Part shown: positions 36,950 to 47,304 of the stretch, one piece after another
Layout of the letters: every line of letters starts with the position of its first letter
How positions within the stretch are numbered: the first letter of the stretch is position 1
Source of the DNA: Candidatus Multivoradales bacterium
GTDB lineage: Bacteria; Acidobacteriota; Thermoanaerobaculia; Multivoradales; JAHEKO01
Length of the DNA: 64,000 bases
NCBI GenBank assembly: GCA_965223155.1
Contig: CBDCVR010000013.1
Location: forward strand, 320,001 to 384,000
Reading direction: 5' to 3'
Position numbers and translations under genes: made by a program
Notes under the pieces: model-generated
What the model was told of the DNA's origin: nothing
The model's database searches: none
Seen by the model: only the letters and a program-made list of their open reading frames with translations

Positions 36950-39172
36950 CTAGGGAACGGAAGCCTGGTCCGCCGCAGGTGCGGCGAAGACGCGGAGCTC
37001 ATGGAGCCGGGCCGGCGGCGCCAGGAAGACGCGAAAGAGGTACTTCTCGTCGGCTGGAAGCTCGAAGGCGATCGGCTCCAGAACATCGAACGTGCCGACC
37101 TCCCGATTCCGGCGGTCCACTACGTGGAGGTACCCCTCGTTCGGCATCGGATCCATCACGAGTTTCGCCCGATGGCTGCCGGCCCGGAAGGAATCCTTGA
37201 ACACCGCGTACTGCCAGCGGTACGTGAATTGGAGCGGCGTGCCGGGACCGTCCCGCAGGAGCTCCGGGCTCGAGACAAAGGTCGCCGCCGCCGGGGCGAA
37301 GCGGCGCTGCCGGCGAAAGCGCGGCGGCTCCGTGCCGAGTGCGTGCACGGTCAGCAGCGGGCCCGCCCGGAGGAGGCTCGGCGTGAAGCGGGCGACTTCC
37401 TCGAACTCGAACATGCGCCGGTAGCGGCGCTGGTACTCGAGCTCGTGCTCGGCCGCCCCGTCGCCCAGCTCGACGAAGCGCAAGTACGCTGGTCGCGCCA
37501 GCAGGAGGTAGTCATACCGTGGCTCCAGCATCTCCTCCGGATCCTGCCAGGCGGCGAAACGGTGGCTGATAAAGGCGTACTTCTTGGGATCCAGCTTCGA
37601 GGTGTAGCGCTCTCGAATGAGGGTGGCGCCCTCGGGAACGTTCTCCTCGATCCAGGCGCGCGCGAGTTGGCGGGTTCCGGGCCGGCTCCGGGAGATGTCC
37701 CAGCCGACGGTGCGGACCACGGGCATCGCTAGAACCACGCCGCCGAGCGCTAGCCAGACGAGCGTGCCACGGGCAGTTCGGCTCGCGGCGGCCGGCTCCT
37801 TTCCCACCCCGCCCCGCGAGCCGAGACGGGTTGCCAGGGCGGCAACCGCGCTTGCGCCCAGCAAGGCCACCCCGGGCAGCGCGGGTTGCAGGTTCCGGTG
37901 GACCACCATGCTCATCGAGGCGATGAGCGCCAGGTAGCCGAGCGGAAACGCCGCCAGCACCATCCAGCGCCGGCGTTCGGGCTTCGTAAGGCAGAACACC
38001 CCCGCGACCGCCGCCGCCAGGGCCGGCCACCCGAGATCGATCGCCACCTCACGCGCGTACCAAGCGGGGATGCTCTCCGGCTGCACCCCGAGCCAGCCGC
38101 CGCGGGCGTACTGCCGGTAGCCGAAGAAGATGTCCAGCCCCTCGCCCGAAAAGGCCGAGCCAGAGCGGAGCACGAGAGCCGGCATCACCGCCAGCATGGC
38201 TCCGATCGAGGCCAGGGCCGCGAGGCCGAGCGACCAGGAAAATCGGCGGGTGCGCAAGCGCCAGAAGAGCCAGACCGCGACGATCGCCAGAGCCGAGACT
38301 CCGCCCGGGTACTTGCTGCCGGCGGCGAGACCGGCCATGACACCCGCTAGGAGGTAGTCCCGCAGGCTCTCGCGCTCCACCAGACGGGCGGCGAAATAGA
38401 GCACGAAGGCGGCAAAGGCCCCTGCGGCCACGTCCGAGATCGCCTGGTGGGCAACGCTGTTGTAGAGGGCCGAAAACACACTCAGGAGCCCGGCGAGGAG
38501 CCCGGCGGCGAGCTTGGTGGCCGCACTCCCGCCGATGCGATAGGCGGCGCCGAACACCGCCCCGGCGGCAAGCGCGGCCAGCAGCGCGTTGACCGACTTG
38601 AGGAGCAGCCGCTGGAGGGCGTAGCCCTCCGGAATCGTGTAGATCGTGCCGTAGAGCTTGGTGAGCCCCTCCGGGAAGAGCTCCCGCAGCCACATGGCGT
38701 AGGCCCCGGCGTAGTACAGGAAGTGCCCGTAGTTGAAGGTCTTGGGCAGAAGCTCGCCCTGATTGATGGCCTCTGAGACCTCGTGGTACACGCCTTCGTC
38801 GCCCACTGGATGGTCCATGAGCTCGAAGTCGAGGCCGGCGAAGCGGATGGCAAGGGCCAGGGCGAGAACCAGCGCGAGCGCCAGGCGCCGCCGGCGCTCC
38901 ACGCCGCCAACTCGCCAGGCTCGTATAAGCCAGAGGACGATGGCGAGGATGACGGCCAGCGCTGTCGCGGCGACGGCGACTCGAGCCAGGGCATGGCTCT
39001 CGAAACGCCCGGCGGCTTCCAGGAGCCAGAGAACGAGGCTCGCTCCGAAGCCGGCCACCGCGACCCACCGCGTGATCCGCTCCAGACGCGTGCGCGCGCG
39101 CACGTCGGCGCCAGGACCGGAGTCGGCACCGGAGTCGGCACCGGAGTCGGAAGGGGCGGCCGTGGGTTCCAT
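36950..39172 (-). CDS. GT-C fold glycosyltransferase (ArnT/PMT, GT39/GT83-like)
   Basis: Multiple TM helices, DE motif (VGDEGVY), AGVMAGLAAGSKYPG, C-terminal periplasmic domain AWIEENVPEG. Confidence 0.85.
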   Translation of the reverse strand: MEPTAAPSDSGADSGADSGPGADVRARTRLERITRWVAVAGFGASLVLWLLEAAGRFESHALARVAVAATALAVILAIVLWLIRAWRVGGVERRRRLALALVLALALAIRFAGLDFELMDHPVGDEGVYHEVSEAINQGELLPKTFNYGHFLYYAGAYAMWLRELFPEGLTKLYGTIYTIPEGYALQRLLLKSVNALLAALAAGAVFGAAYRIGGSAATKLAAGLLAGLLSVFSALYNSVAHQAISDVAAGAFAAFVLYFAARLVERESLRDYLLAGVMAGLAAGSKYPGGVSALAIVAVWLFWRLRTRRFSWSLGLAALASIGAMLAVMPALVLRSGSAFSGEGLDIFFGYRQYARGGWLGVQPESIPAWYAREVAIDLGWPALAAAVAGVFCLTKPERRRWMVLAAFPLGYLALIASMSMVVHRNLQPALPGVALLGASAVAALATRLGSRGGVGKEPAAASRTARGTLVWLALGGVVLAMPVVRTVGWDISRSRPGTRQLARAWIEENVPEGATLIRERYTSKLDPKKYAFISHRFAAWQDPEEMLEPRYDYLLLARPAYLRFVELGDGAAEHELEYQRRYRRMFEFEEVARFTPSLLRAGPLLTVHALGTEPPRFRRQRRFAPAAATFVSSPELLRDGPGTPLQFTYRWQYAVFKDSFRAGSHRAKLVMDPMPNEGYLHVVDRRNREVGTFDVLEPIAFELPADEKYLFRVFLAPPARLHELRVFAAPAADQASVP

Positions 39173-39277
39173 GTCGCGGGCGAGTCTAGCCTGCATCGCA
39201 CGTCTCGGTGACGGGTGTTGGGAACAGCGACGAGTTCCTGGAGCGTGCCTCAAGCGACGCGCTATGTCCGCGCGGGA

Positions 39278-40501
39278 CTATTCGTAGCGGAGCGCTTCGA
39301 TCGGGTCCAGCGAGGCCGCCTTCCCCGCCGGGTAGATGCCGAAGAAGACCCCGACCAGGGTCGAGAAGCCGAAGGCCAGGGCCACCGCCCAGAGCGGCAC
39401 GTGCGCCGCCGGCCAGTCCCCGGGCAACATCCCCGCCACCAGGACTCCAATTCCGTAGCCCGCGGCCAGGCCCAAGGCACCGCCGACGAGGGACAAGCTG
39501 ATCGCCTCGATCAAGAACTGCACCAGGATGTCCTGGCGCCGGGCCCCCACGGACTTGCGGATGCCGATCTCGCGCGTGCGCTCGGTGACCGAGACCAGCA
39601 TGATGTTCATGATGCCGATGCCGCCCACCAGGAGGGCCACGCCGACGACCGCGCCCACGACCGCGGTGACGCTGCCCAGAACGCTGTTGACGGTGTCCAG
39701 GATCTCGTCCTGGAGCATGACCTGGAAGTCGTCGGGCTGGCCTTCAGGAATCCGGTGGCGGCGCCGAAGAAGCCGGATGATGCCGTCCTTGACTTGCTCG
39801 ACCACCTCGGCGCTCTCGGCCTGGAGGCGGAGCTGAACCTGGTCGGCCGCGTCGCGTCCGAAGAGCGTCAGAGAGGTCTCGAAAGGCACGAAGACCAGAT
39901 CGTCGATGTCCGTTCCCAAGGACTGGCCGCGCCGCTCCATGACTCCGATCACGGTGGCCGGAACCGAGCCGACATAGATCTCCTTGCCCAGGGGCCGCTC
40001 TCCGAGCCGCAGCTCCTCGACCGTCTTGTACCCGACCACCGCGACTTTGCGGCGGCGCTCCAGATCCAGGCGCGAGAAGAACCGTCCCTGGTCGACCGCG
40101 TGGTTCGAGACCTCGACCCAGTCGTCGGTGACCCCCAGAATCAGGCCTCGGTGGCGCCGGTCGCGGTACTTGAGCTGCTCGTTGCCGACGATGACCGGAG
40201 TGATGAGATCGACCCCCGGAACACTCTCGGCAATCGCCTGCCCATCTTCCCAGGTCAGCTTGACCTGTTTGGTGATGACCCCGGGGCCGCTCTGGCTGGA
40301 CTGGTCCGGCAGGACCATGATGTAGGTCGCGCCCACGCCCTGAAGCTGCTGGGTGAGCATGAACTGCAAACCCTGAACGATCGACACCACCGCGATCACG
40401 GCGGCGACGCCGATGACGATGCCGAGGGTGGTCAGGAGGGAGCGGAGCTTGTTGGCCCAGAGCGCGCGAAAGGCGATGCGGAAGTTCTCGGTCAGGACCA
40501 C
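39278..40501 (-). CDS. MacB/FtsX-type ABC transporter permease
   Basis: [56 protein letters not shown]. Confidence 0.96.
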   Translation of the reverse strand: MVLTENFRIAFRALWANKLRSLLTTLGIVIGVAAVIAVVSIVQGLQFMLTQQLQGVGATYIMVLPDQSSQSGPGVITKQVKLTWEDGQAIAESVPGVDLITPVIVGNEQLKYRDRRHRGLILGVTDDWVEVSNHAVDQGRFFSRLDLERRRKVAVVGYKTVEELRLGERPLGKEIYVGSVPATVIGVMERRGQSLGTDIDDLVFVPFETSLTLFGRDAADQVQLRLQAESAEVVEQVKDGIIRLLRRRHRIPEGQPDDFQVMLQDEILDTVNSVLGSVTAVVGAVVGVALLVGGIGIMNIMLVSVTERTREIGIRKSVGARRQDILVQFLIEAISLSLVGGALGLAAGYGIGVLVAGMLPGDWPAAHVPLWAVALAFGFSTLVGVFFGIYPAGKAASLDPIEALRYE

Positions 40502-41289
40502 TGGGAGTCCTTTCCGGCTGCGGTCTGGGACCCATCGCCCACCGTGGCCTCCGGTCCGGCCGGTGGTGAGGGGGCCGGGTCGTTGCCGTCTCTCGGGGTC
40601 CCGGGACCGGGGATCTGGCGGTCCTCGACCACGAGCCCGTCCCGCAGCACGACCTGGCGCCGGGCGTGCTCGGCGATGTCGGGCTCATGGGTCACCAGGA
40701 TGACCGTATTGCCGGCGGCGTGAAGCTCGTCGAAAAGAGCCATGATCTCGCGCGAGGTGGTGGTATCGAGGTTACCGGTGGGCTCGTCGGCAAGCAGCAG
40801 AGAGGGCCGGTTGACCAAGGCTCGGGCCACGGCGACGCGCTGGCGCTGTCCGCCCGAGAGCTCGCTCGGGTCATGGCCCATGCGATCGCCCAACCCCACC
40901 CTCTCCAGGGCCTCCCGGGCCCGTTCCTGCCGTTCCTTGCGGGCCGCGCCGGCGTAGATCAGAGGCAGCTCGACGTTGTGGAGAGCCGAGGTGCGGGCCA
41001 GGAGGTTGAAGGTCTGGAAGACGAAACCGATCTCCCGATTGCGGATCGCGGCCAGCTCCTCGTCGTTCAGCTCCTCGACCGCGACGCCGTTCAGATGGTA
41101 CGAACCGGCGGTCGGCCGGTCCAGGCAGCCGATGACGTTCATCAAGGTGGACTTGCCGCTGCCGGAAGCGCCCATGATGGCGACGTATTCCCCGTGGTCG
41201 ATGGCCAGCGTCAATCCGGCCAGGGCGTGCACGGTCTCAGCACCCATCTCGTAGACCTTGGTGACCCGATCGAGGTCGATGAGAGGCAT
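40492..41289 (-). CDS. MacB/LolD-type ABC transporter ATP-binding protein
   Basis: [39 protein letters not shown]. Confidence 0.96.
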   Translation of the reverse strand: MPLIDLDRVTKVYEMGAETVHALAGLTLAIDHGEYVAIMGASGSGKSTLMNVIGCLDRPTAGSYHLNGVAVEELNDEELAAIRNREIGFVFQTFNLLARTSALHNVELPLIYAGAARKERQERAREALERVGLGDRMGHDPSELSGGQRQRVAVARALVNRPSLLLADEPTGNLDTTTSREIMALFDELHAAGNTVILVTHEPDIAEHARRQVVLRDGLVVEDRQIPGPGTPRDGNDPAPSPPAGPEATVGDGSQTAAGKDSQWS

Positions 41290-41376
41290 CGGATGGTCTC
41301 GGGGTGGACGCGGCGCGGGAGGCGGTCGGTGACGATCGAAGTCGCTCCGGGCCGGTCCTGAGCCGGGCGCGAACGC

Positions 41377-42600
41377 CTAGCTGTCGTCTCCCTCGTCGTC
41401 GTCGCCCTCGCGGCGGAGGCGCACGTCGCCGTCGTGTTCGAGCTCCTTGAGCGAGCGGTAGGGCCCTGTGACGACGGTCTCGCCCTCGGACAGGCCCGAG
41501 GCGATCTCGACGTGGGTCGGGTCGGTCAAGCCGGTCGTGACCGCTCGCTGGTGCGCTTGCTCGTCCTCGACGACGAACACGACTTCGATCTCCTCGGCGT
41601 CCGGGTCGGGCCCGCCGTCCTCGCCCTCGCCGAGCGGCGGCCGGTCCACGACCGCCTGGACGGGAATCACCACGACGTCCGATCGTTCGGCCGTGCGGAT
41701 CTCGGCCCGCACCGACATGCCCGGACGCAGGTCGTCGTCTGGTTCGTCGAGTAGCACCTTGACCTTGAAGAAGGTCACGTCGGGCTTGCCGGGTTGCTCG
41801 AAGCCCGAGCTGCCGATCTCGACGACTCGACCGGCGTAGCTGCGCTCGGCCAACGCGTCCACCTTGAGCTCCGCTTCTTGCTCCAACTCCAAATACGCCA
41901 CCTCGGTCTCGTCGACGTCCACCTCGGCCAGGATCTCCGAAAGATCGGCGATGACGCCGATCACGGAGGCGGGATTGTTCATGGTGCCGGAGACCACGAC
42001 CTCGCCTTGTTCGGCGTTGAGCTCGATCACGCGTCCGGTGAGCGGCGCGAAGATCGTCGTCTTCTGGAGGTCGTCGCGCGCCTTGACCAGGGCGGCGCGG
42101 GCCTGGAGTACCGACTCGCGCGCCTGCTCGAGAGCCAGCTCGGTCGAGGTGTGCTGGAGCTCGACTTGCTCGAGCTGCTCGGCCGAAGCGATCTTCTCCG
42201 AGGCGAGCCGGCGCATGCGCTCCAGCTTGAGGCCCGAGTCGCGCAGGTTGATCTCGGCCTGGCGCATGCGGGACTGGGCGATCGCGAGCTGGGCAGCGGC
42301 CTGGTCGCGGGCGGCCACGAAGGCCTCCTTCTCGAGCTCCAGAAAGGGCTCGCCGGCCGCGATCTCATCACCCTCTTCGACATACAGGGTTTCGATCTTG
42401 CCGATGACGTGGGCGGAGATATTGACCTTCACCCGCGGGTCGATGGCACCGCTCGCCTTGACGATCCGCGCGATCGAGCGGCGCTCGGCCTCGACGCCGT
42501 ACACGCGGGTGCCCTTCTTCTTGCCGCCGCCACGCATGCTGAGGAACAGCACTGCCCCGAGAACCGCGGCGATGCCGACGCCGATCAGGATCTTCTTCAT
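41377..42600 (-). CDS. Efflux periplasmic adaptor (MacA/HlyD-type membrane fusion protein)
   Basis: N-terminal anchor, lipoyl/hairpin pattern, IFAPLTG, VDETEV, LRPGMS, GLSEGETVV. Confidence 0.93.
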   Translation of the reverse strand: MKKILIGVGIAAVLGAVLFLSMRGGGKKKGTRVYGVEAERRSIARIVKASGAIDPRVKVNISAHVIGKIETLYVEEGDEIAAGEPFLELEKEAFVAARDQAAAQLAIAQSRMRQAEINLRDSGLKLERMRRLASEKIASAEQLEQVELQHTSTELALEQARESVLQARAALVKARDDLQKTTIFAPLTGRVIELNAEQGEVVVSGTMNNPASVIGVIADLSEILAEVDVDETEVAYLELEQEAELKVDALAERSYAGRVVEIGSSGFEQPGKPDVTFFKVKVLLDEPDDDLRPGMSVRAEIRTAERSDVVVIPVQAVVDRPPLGEGEDGGPDPDAEEIEVVFVVEDEQAHQRAVTTGLTDPTHVEIASGLSEGETVVTGPYRSLKELEHDGDVRLRREGDDDEGDDS

Positions 42601-42618
42601 TGCCCGGCTCGCTCGACC

Positions 42619-43323
42619 CTAGCCGCCCAGAGTCGCCAGCCCGGCCTTGCCCAGGACGTAGACCAGCCAGACTACGATCACGCCGCCGGCGGCTGCCCCT
42701 CGGGACACCCGGGCGACGACCGAGTAGCCCAGGATCAGCAGGACCAGGGCCCAGATCGAAAAGACATCGACGCTCGAAAGCAAGGACACCACCGCCGGGC
42801 TGGCTCCCTCGGGTGCCAGGGAGGCGAGATTCGAGGTCAAGACGCTTCCCGTCTGTAGCTCCTCGGCACTGAAGCCGTCCCGACCCAGGATGACCGGCAC
42901 CGAAAGGAGCCCGCCAACCGCCCTCGGCATCAAGCCGTGGACGAAGGTCGCGAGGCTCTGCTGAAAGGCCAGCTCACCCCCGAGCATCTTGGAGACCACC
43001 ATGAAGATCAGGGAGGCCAGCATGAAGCCGAGCGGCGCCACGACCAGCGGTCCGACCATCAGCATGATCGGCCCCATCTTCTCTTGCAGGTCGATGACCC
43101 GCTCCACGTCCTCTTCGGACATCTGGGTGCCCCGGGCTTCGATGGCGTCGCGGGTGACCTCGACCCAGTCGATCTTGCCGCTCATCAAGACGCCCAGGCC
43201 CACGCCCAGACCGATCAGCACCAGCAGGGCCACCACCCAGGAGGGCTTCTCACGGAGGACGGTAAAGGTGCGTGTGGGCGCGACCAGCGCGCCGAGCAAA
43301 CGGCCGAATGCAGACGATTCCAT
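42619..43323 (-). CDS. Yip1-domain membrane protein (YknW-like)
   Basis: LVAPTRTF..LREKPSW start and about 5 TM helices; inside the exporter operon. Confidence 0.8.
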   Translation of the reverse strand: MESSAFGRLLGALVAPTRTFTVLREKPSWVVALLVLIGLGVGLGVLMSGKIDWVEVTRDAIEARGTQMSEEDVERVIDLQEKMGPIMLMVGPLVVAPLGFMLASLIFMVVSKMLGGELAFQQSLATFVHGLMPRAVGGLLSVPVILGRDGFSAEELQTGSVLTSNLASLAPEGASPAVVSLLSSVDVFSIWALVLLILGYSVVARVSRGAAAGGVIVVWLVYVLGKAGLATLGG

Positions 43324-43387
43324 GACGAACTCCTTCCGGCCCGAGGATCGAAGGCCCGAATCTGGGCCGGGAGAAGGCCCCGCGCGG

Positions 43388-45034
43388 CTAGGAGTCTACG
43401 ATCTCGATGCCGCTTTCCTCGATCAACCGGCCGATGGCGCGATAGTACTGCATCAGGGCCTTGCGGTAGCCGGTGATGGCCGACACCTCACGGCTGCGGG
43501 CCGAGGTCAGATCTTCCTGAATTTCGAGCACTCGGAAGCTGGTGGACATGCCGTTCTCGTAGCGCTTCTGCTCGGCGTTGAGGTTCTCTTGCTCGAGCCG
43601 GCGCGAGACGCGCGCGGAGGCCAGGGCCTGCTCGGCGGTACGTACCAGGCGAGCGATCCGGCGAACCTCGGTAGCGACGCCCAACTCCAGGTCACGCAGC
43701 TCGGCGGCGCCGCGCTCGTGGGCGACGTCTGCAAGCGCCCGCTGTGCCTTGAGGCTGCGGTTGCCGATCGGATAGGCCACGTTGAGCGCCACCCGCCAAC
43801 CCTCGAAGTCCAGCTCGGAGATCTGGTCGAGGGCGTCCTGGTAGCTCCCGGGGATCTCGCGCAAGAGCTCGCCGGTGAAGAAATCCCGCTCCGTGAGGTC
43901 ACCGCCCAGGCCGTTGTACCCGTAGGTCACGTCCAGATTGACGCTAGGCAGAGCCTGGTTGCGGAAGTAGCGGCTATCCAGCTCCAGATTGTCCTGAGCG
44001 AGACGCTTGCTACGCAGGGACGGACGCTCGGCGAGCGCGATCTCGATCGCCTGGTCAACGTCGATTTCGACAGGTTCCCGCTCGGCTTCGGTCTCGAGAA
44101 CCAGAGGCGTGTCCCAAAGGCTGCCCGAGTCGAGATTCATGAGCTGGCGCAAAGCGTCCTCGGAGTCTCCGACGAGCGCCCGCGCGCGAATGATCTGCTC
44201 TTCCCGGGTGGCGATTCCGGCCTCGCTCTGCACCAACTCGAGCGGCGCCAGGGTGCCGACGTCAACCCGGATCTCGTTCTGTTCATGGAGCTGCCGTGCC
44301 AGGGCCAAGCTCTCTTCGGCGACCTCGAGCTGTGCCCGAGCCTCGACCAGGGTCCAGTAGGAGTCCTCGACCAATTGCAGGGTCGCGATGACTTGTTGCT
44401 CGAAAGTCTCGCGGCTGATGTCGATGTTGGTCCGAGCAATCCGGATCTGCCGGTTGGTCGCGAGCCGGCCGAAGTTCCGGAGCAACGGCTGGCTGAAAAG
44501 CAGGTCGAAATCGGTGCGATAGCTGGGATTCAGAGTCGCGAACTGCGAGTTGGTCTTGAAGCGGCTGTTGTTGAAGCGGATCGATCCGGTACCGCCCGTC
44601 GAGAACAGGCGGTCGAGCCCCAAGTCCCAGCGCAGGTTCTCCTGGAACTGCACATCGGCGCCGTCCAGGTTCGAAGCCGAAGGCGTGGTCTCCTCGAACG
44701 CCGACAGGTTGAGAGAGATCGCCGGGTCGTAGATCCCCTGGCTCTGCCACAGCCGAAGCTCGGACTCCGAGTGGCGCAGCCGGTCCACGACCAGGGCCAG
44801 GTTGCGCTCGAGAGCCAAGCTCCGCACTTCGTCCAGGGAAAGATGGAGCTCACCGTCAATGAGCCTGACGTCGGAAGCGGCCAGCTCGTCGGCTACCTGC
44901 GTGGTCACCGGGGTCATCTCAGCCCACGCCGGAACCGGGCTCAGGAGAGCCAGCGTCGCGGCCCCTAGCGTTGCCAGAAGGGCCAGAGTTCGTCCCGCCC
45001 TGCGGGCGCGGCGCGTCCAGATTTTCGTCATCAT
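43388..45034 (-). CDS. TolC family outer membrane protein
   Basis: Signal peptide, LSL.E...LALERN, SQPLLRNFG, E.KRYENG.ST.F.VL..Q.DL. Confidence 0.92.
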   Translation of the reverse strand: MMTKIWTRRARRAGRTLALLATLGAATLALLSPVPAWAEMTPVTTQVADELAASDVRLIDGELHLSLDEVRSLALERNLALVVDRLRHSESELRLWQSQGIYDPAISLNLSAFEETTPSASNLDGADVQFQENLRWDLGLDRLFSTGGTGSIRFNNSRFKTNSQFATLNPSYRTDFDLLFSQPLLRNFGRLATNRQIRIARTNIDISRETFEQQVIATLQLVEDSYWTLVEARAQLEVAEESLALARQLHEQNEIRVDVGTLAPLELVQSEAGIATREEQIIRARALVGDSEDALRQLMNLDSGSLWDTPLVLETEAEREPVEIDVDQAIEIALAERPSLRSKRLAQDNLELDSRYFRNQALPSVNLDVTYGYNGLGGDLTERDFFTGELLREIPGSYQDALDQISELDFEGWRVALNVAYPIGNRSLKAQRALADVAHERGAAELRDLELGVATEVRRIARLVRTAEQALASARVSRRLEQENLNAEQKRYENGMSTSFRVLEIQEDLTSARSREVSAITGYRKALMQYYRAIGRLIEESGIEIVDS

Positions 45035-45131
45035 CCCAACACTCCTCGATCGGTGTCTGAATTGTTCGTTTGGATCCTAGCAGCCGGCTCGAAGCACTCG
45101 CTCACGGAAGCATTCCGGCCCTGTTGAGTCG

Positions 45132-45157
45132 TACGTAGCCCTTCTGAAAAAGTTCCA
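45132..45157 (-). promoter_or_regulatory. Candidate ECF-sigma promoter of the tolC-yip1-macAB-like operon
   Basis: TGGAAC-TTTTT(N16 spacer)-CGTA, one mismatch from the SigW-type TGAAAC-N16-CGTA. Confidence 0.55.
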
Positions 45158-45205
45158 TGGCGGACCGCCTTTGGAGGCCCGGACCGCCAAGCCGTCCGGA
45201 AACGA

Positions 45206-46222
45206 TCAGGCCCCTTGCCCCGCGCGGACGGCTCCTGCCGCCTCGGCCTCGAGCTCCCCGGGATGGTGGCAGGCCACGGTCGTGCCAGTCGGGTTCGTGA
45301 GCAGAGGCGGATCCTCCGCGCGGCAGCGCTCGGTCGCAATCGGACAGCGAGGGTGGAAGGCGCAGCCGGCTGGGGGCGAGAGCGGGCTCGGCGGCTCACC
45401 GGGAAGCACGATCCGGCGCCTGCCGGTGTCGGGATCCGGCACGGGCACGGCCGAGAGCAAGCTCACCGTGTACGGGTGGCGAGGGTTGGCGAAAACCTCG
45501 GCCGTGGGGCCCTCCTCCACGATCCGGCCCAGGTACATGACGCCGACGCGCTCGGAGATCTCCGAGACCACGGCCAGGTCGTGGGCGATCAGGAGCAAGC
45601 CGAGATCCAGCTCTTCCTGGAGGTCCTTCAGCAGGTTGACGACCTGCGCCTGGACCGAAACGTCGAGAGCCGAGACCGGCTCGTCGGCGATGACTAGCTC
45701 CGGACAGGTCGCCAGGGCCCTGGCGATGCCCACTCGCTGACGCTGACCTCCGGAGAACTCATGGGGAAAGCGCCCGGCGGCGGAGGTCGGTAGACCCACC
45801 ATCCCGAGCAGGCGCTCCACCTCGGCGCCGACCTCGGCCTTGGCCGCGACAGCGTGCAGCCGCACCGGCTCGGCCAAGATCGTGCCGACGCGCATGCGCG
45901 GGTTGAGCGAGCCATACGGATCTTGAAACACCATCTGGAAATGACGTCGATGGCGGCGAAGCTCCCGGCGGTTCAGGGCAAGAACGTCCCGGCCGCGAAA
46001 GAAGACGCTGCCGCCGCTGGGCTCCAGCAGCCGGATCAGGCACCGTCCCAAGGTGGTCTTGCCGCTGCCGGACTCCCCGACCAAGGCGTAGGTCTCGCCC
46101 CGCTCGAGCTCGAGATCGACTCCCCGGACCGCCTGCACCGTGCCGACGGTGCGCTGAAGGAGTCCCCGCCGCACCGGGAAGTTCTTGAGCAGGCCTCGGG
46201 CCTCGAGCAGAGGTTTCTGCAT
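45206..46222 (-). CDS. Oligopeptide/dipeptide ABC transporter ATPase (OppF/DppF-like)
   Basis: [44 protein letters not shown]...VACH. Confidence 0.95.
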   Translation of the reverse strand: MQKPLLEARGLLKNFPVRRGLLQRTVGTVQAVRGVDLELERGETYALVGESGSGKTTLGRCLIRLLEPSGGSVFFRGRDVLALNRRELRRHRRHFQMVFQDPYGSLNPRMRVGTILAEPVRLHAVAAKAEVGAEVERLLGMVGLPTSAAGRFPHEFSGGQRQRVGIARALATCPELVIADEPVSALDVSVQAQVVNLLKDLQEELDLGLLLIAHDLAVVSEISERVGVMYLGRIVEEGPTAEVFANPRHPYTVSLLSAVPVPDPDTGRRRIVLPGEPPSPLSPPAGCAFHPRCPIATERCRAEDPPLLTNPTGTTVACHHPGELEAEAAGAVRAGQGA

Positions 46223-47304
46223 CAGCTCTCAGAATGAAGAAAGCAGGCCACTCGCCGGCCGACATCCAGCTCGGCCAAGCCCGGAGCCCGCTGCGAGCAG
46301 GGATCGAAGCGCTCCGGACAGCGCGGATGGAAGCGACATCCGGCGGGCCAGGAGGCCAGGTCTGGAACCTGGCCGGGAATCGCCTGGAGGCGGCCCCTCC
46401 CAAGATCCGGACCGGACTCTGGCGCTCGGCCCAGGCGCGGCAAGGAGGCCAGAAGGCCCCGCGTATAGGGATGAGCGGGCGCCTCGAAGAGATTCTGGAC
46501 GGGAGCCTCCTCGACGATCCGACCGGCATACATGACCAGCACCCGGGAGCAGGTCTCGGCCACCACCGCCAGATCATGGGTAATCAAGAGCACGGCGAGC
46601 CCTAGCCGCGAACGGAGATCTTCGAGGAGCTCCAGGATCTGGGCCTGGACGGTGACGTCGAGGGCGGTCGTGGGCTCGTCCGCGATCAAGAGGTCCGGTT
46701 CCGAGGCGAGAGCGATCGCGATCATCACCCGCTGGCGCTGACCGCCGGAGAGGTTGTGCGGGTACTCCTTGAGGCGCAGGTGCGGTTCGGGCATGGCGAC
46801 CAGTTCGAGGAGCTCGAGGGCCCTTCCTCGCGCCTGTCGCCGGGATACCTGGGCGTGGGCTCGGATGGCCTCGACGATCTGGTTGCCGATGGTAAAGACC
46901 GGATTCAAGGCGGTCATCGGCTCCTGGAACACGAAGCCGATGCGGGCGCCGCGAATCGAGGTCATGGTGCGCTCGGGACGGTCCAGGAGATCCTCGCCGT
47001 CGAGCAGGATCCGGCCGGACCGGATCCGGCCCGGGGGAGGTACCAGCCGCAACAGGGCCAGGGCGGTGACCGTCTTGCCGGAGCCGGACTCCCCCACCAG
47101 GCCCACGAACTCCCGGCGGTCCACCGTGAAACTTGCCTCCTCGACGACATCCACGAGACCGCCGCCGGCCGGGAAGGCGATACGCAGGCTATCGACCGCG
47201 AGAAGCGGCGCCGTGCCGGCCTCGCTGGTTCCGACCGGGGCGCTCTGGGTGCCCCCGGCGGAGGCTACGCCGGCGGGGCGACCGGCCTCGCGATCAGCCG
47301 GCAC
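46222..47304 (-). CDS. Oligopeptide/dipeptide ABC transporter ATPase (OppD/DppD-like)
   Basis: [47 protein letters not shown]. Confidence 0.95.
   Translation of the reverse strand: MPADREAGRPAGVASAGGTQSAPVGTSEAGTAPLLAVDSLRIAFPAGGGLVDVVEEASFTVDRREFVGLVGESGSGKTVTALALLRLVPPPGRIRSGRILLDGEDLLDRPERTMTSIRGARIGFVFQEPMTALNPVFTIGNQIVEAIRAHAQVSRRQARGRALELLELVAMPEPHLRLKEYPHNLSGGQRQRVMIAIALASEPDLLIADEPTTALDVTVQAQILELLEDLRSRLGLAVLLITHDLAVVAETCSRVLVMYAGRIVEEAPVQNLFEAPAHPYTRGLLASLPRLGRAPESGPDLGRGRLQAIPGQVPDLASWPAGCRFHPRCPERFDPCSQRAPGLAELDVGRRVACFLHSES

Noticed and set aside
39117-39150. 12-bp repeat (CCGGAGTCGGCA) at the glycosyltransferase N-terminus
   Set aside because: About three copies encoding a DSGA low-complexity tail; unremarkable
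45206-47304. Orphan peptide ABC ATPases as a novel system
   Set aside because: oppD/oppF pairs separated from permease genes are common; partners are probably elsewhere in the genome
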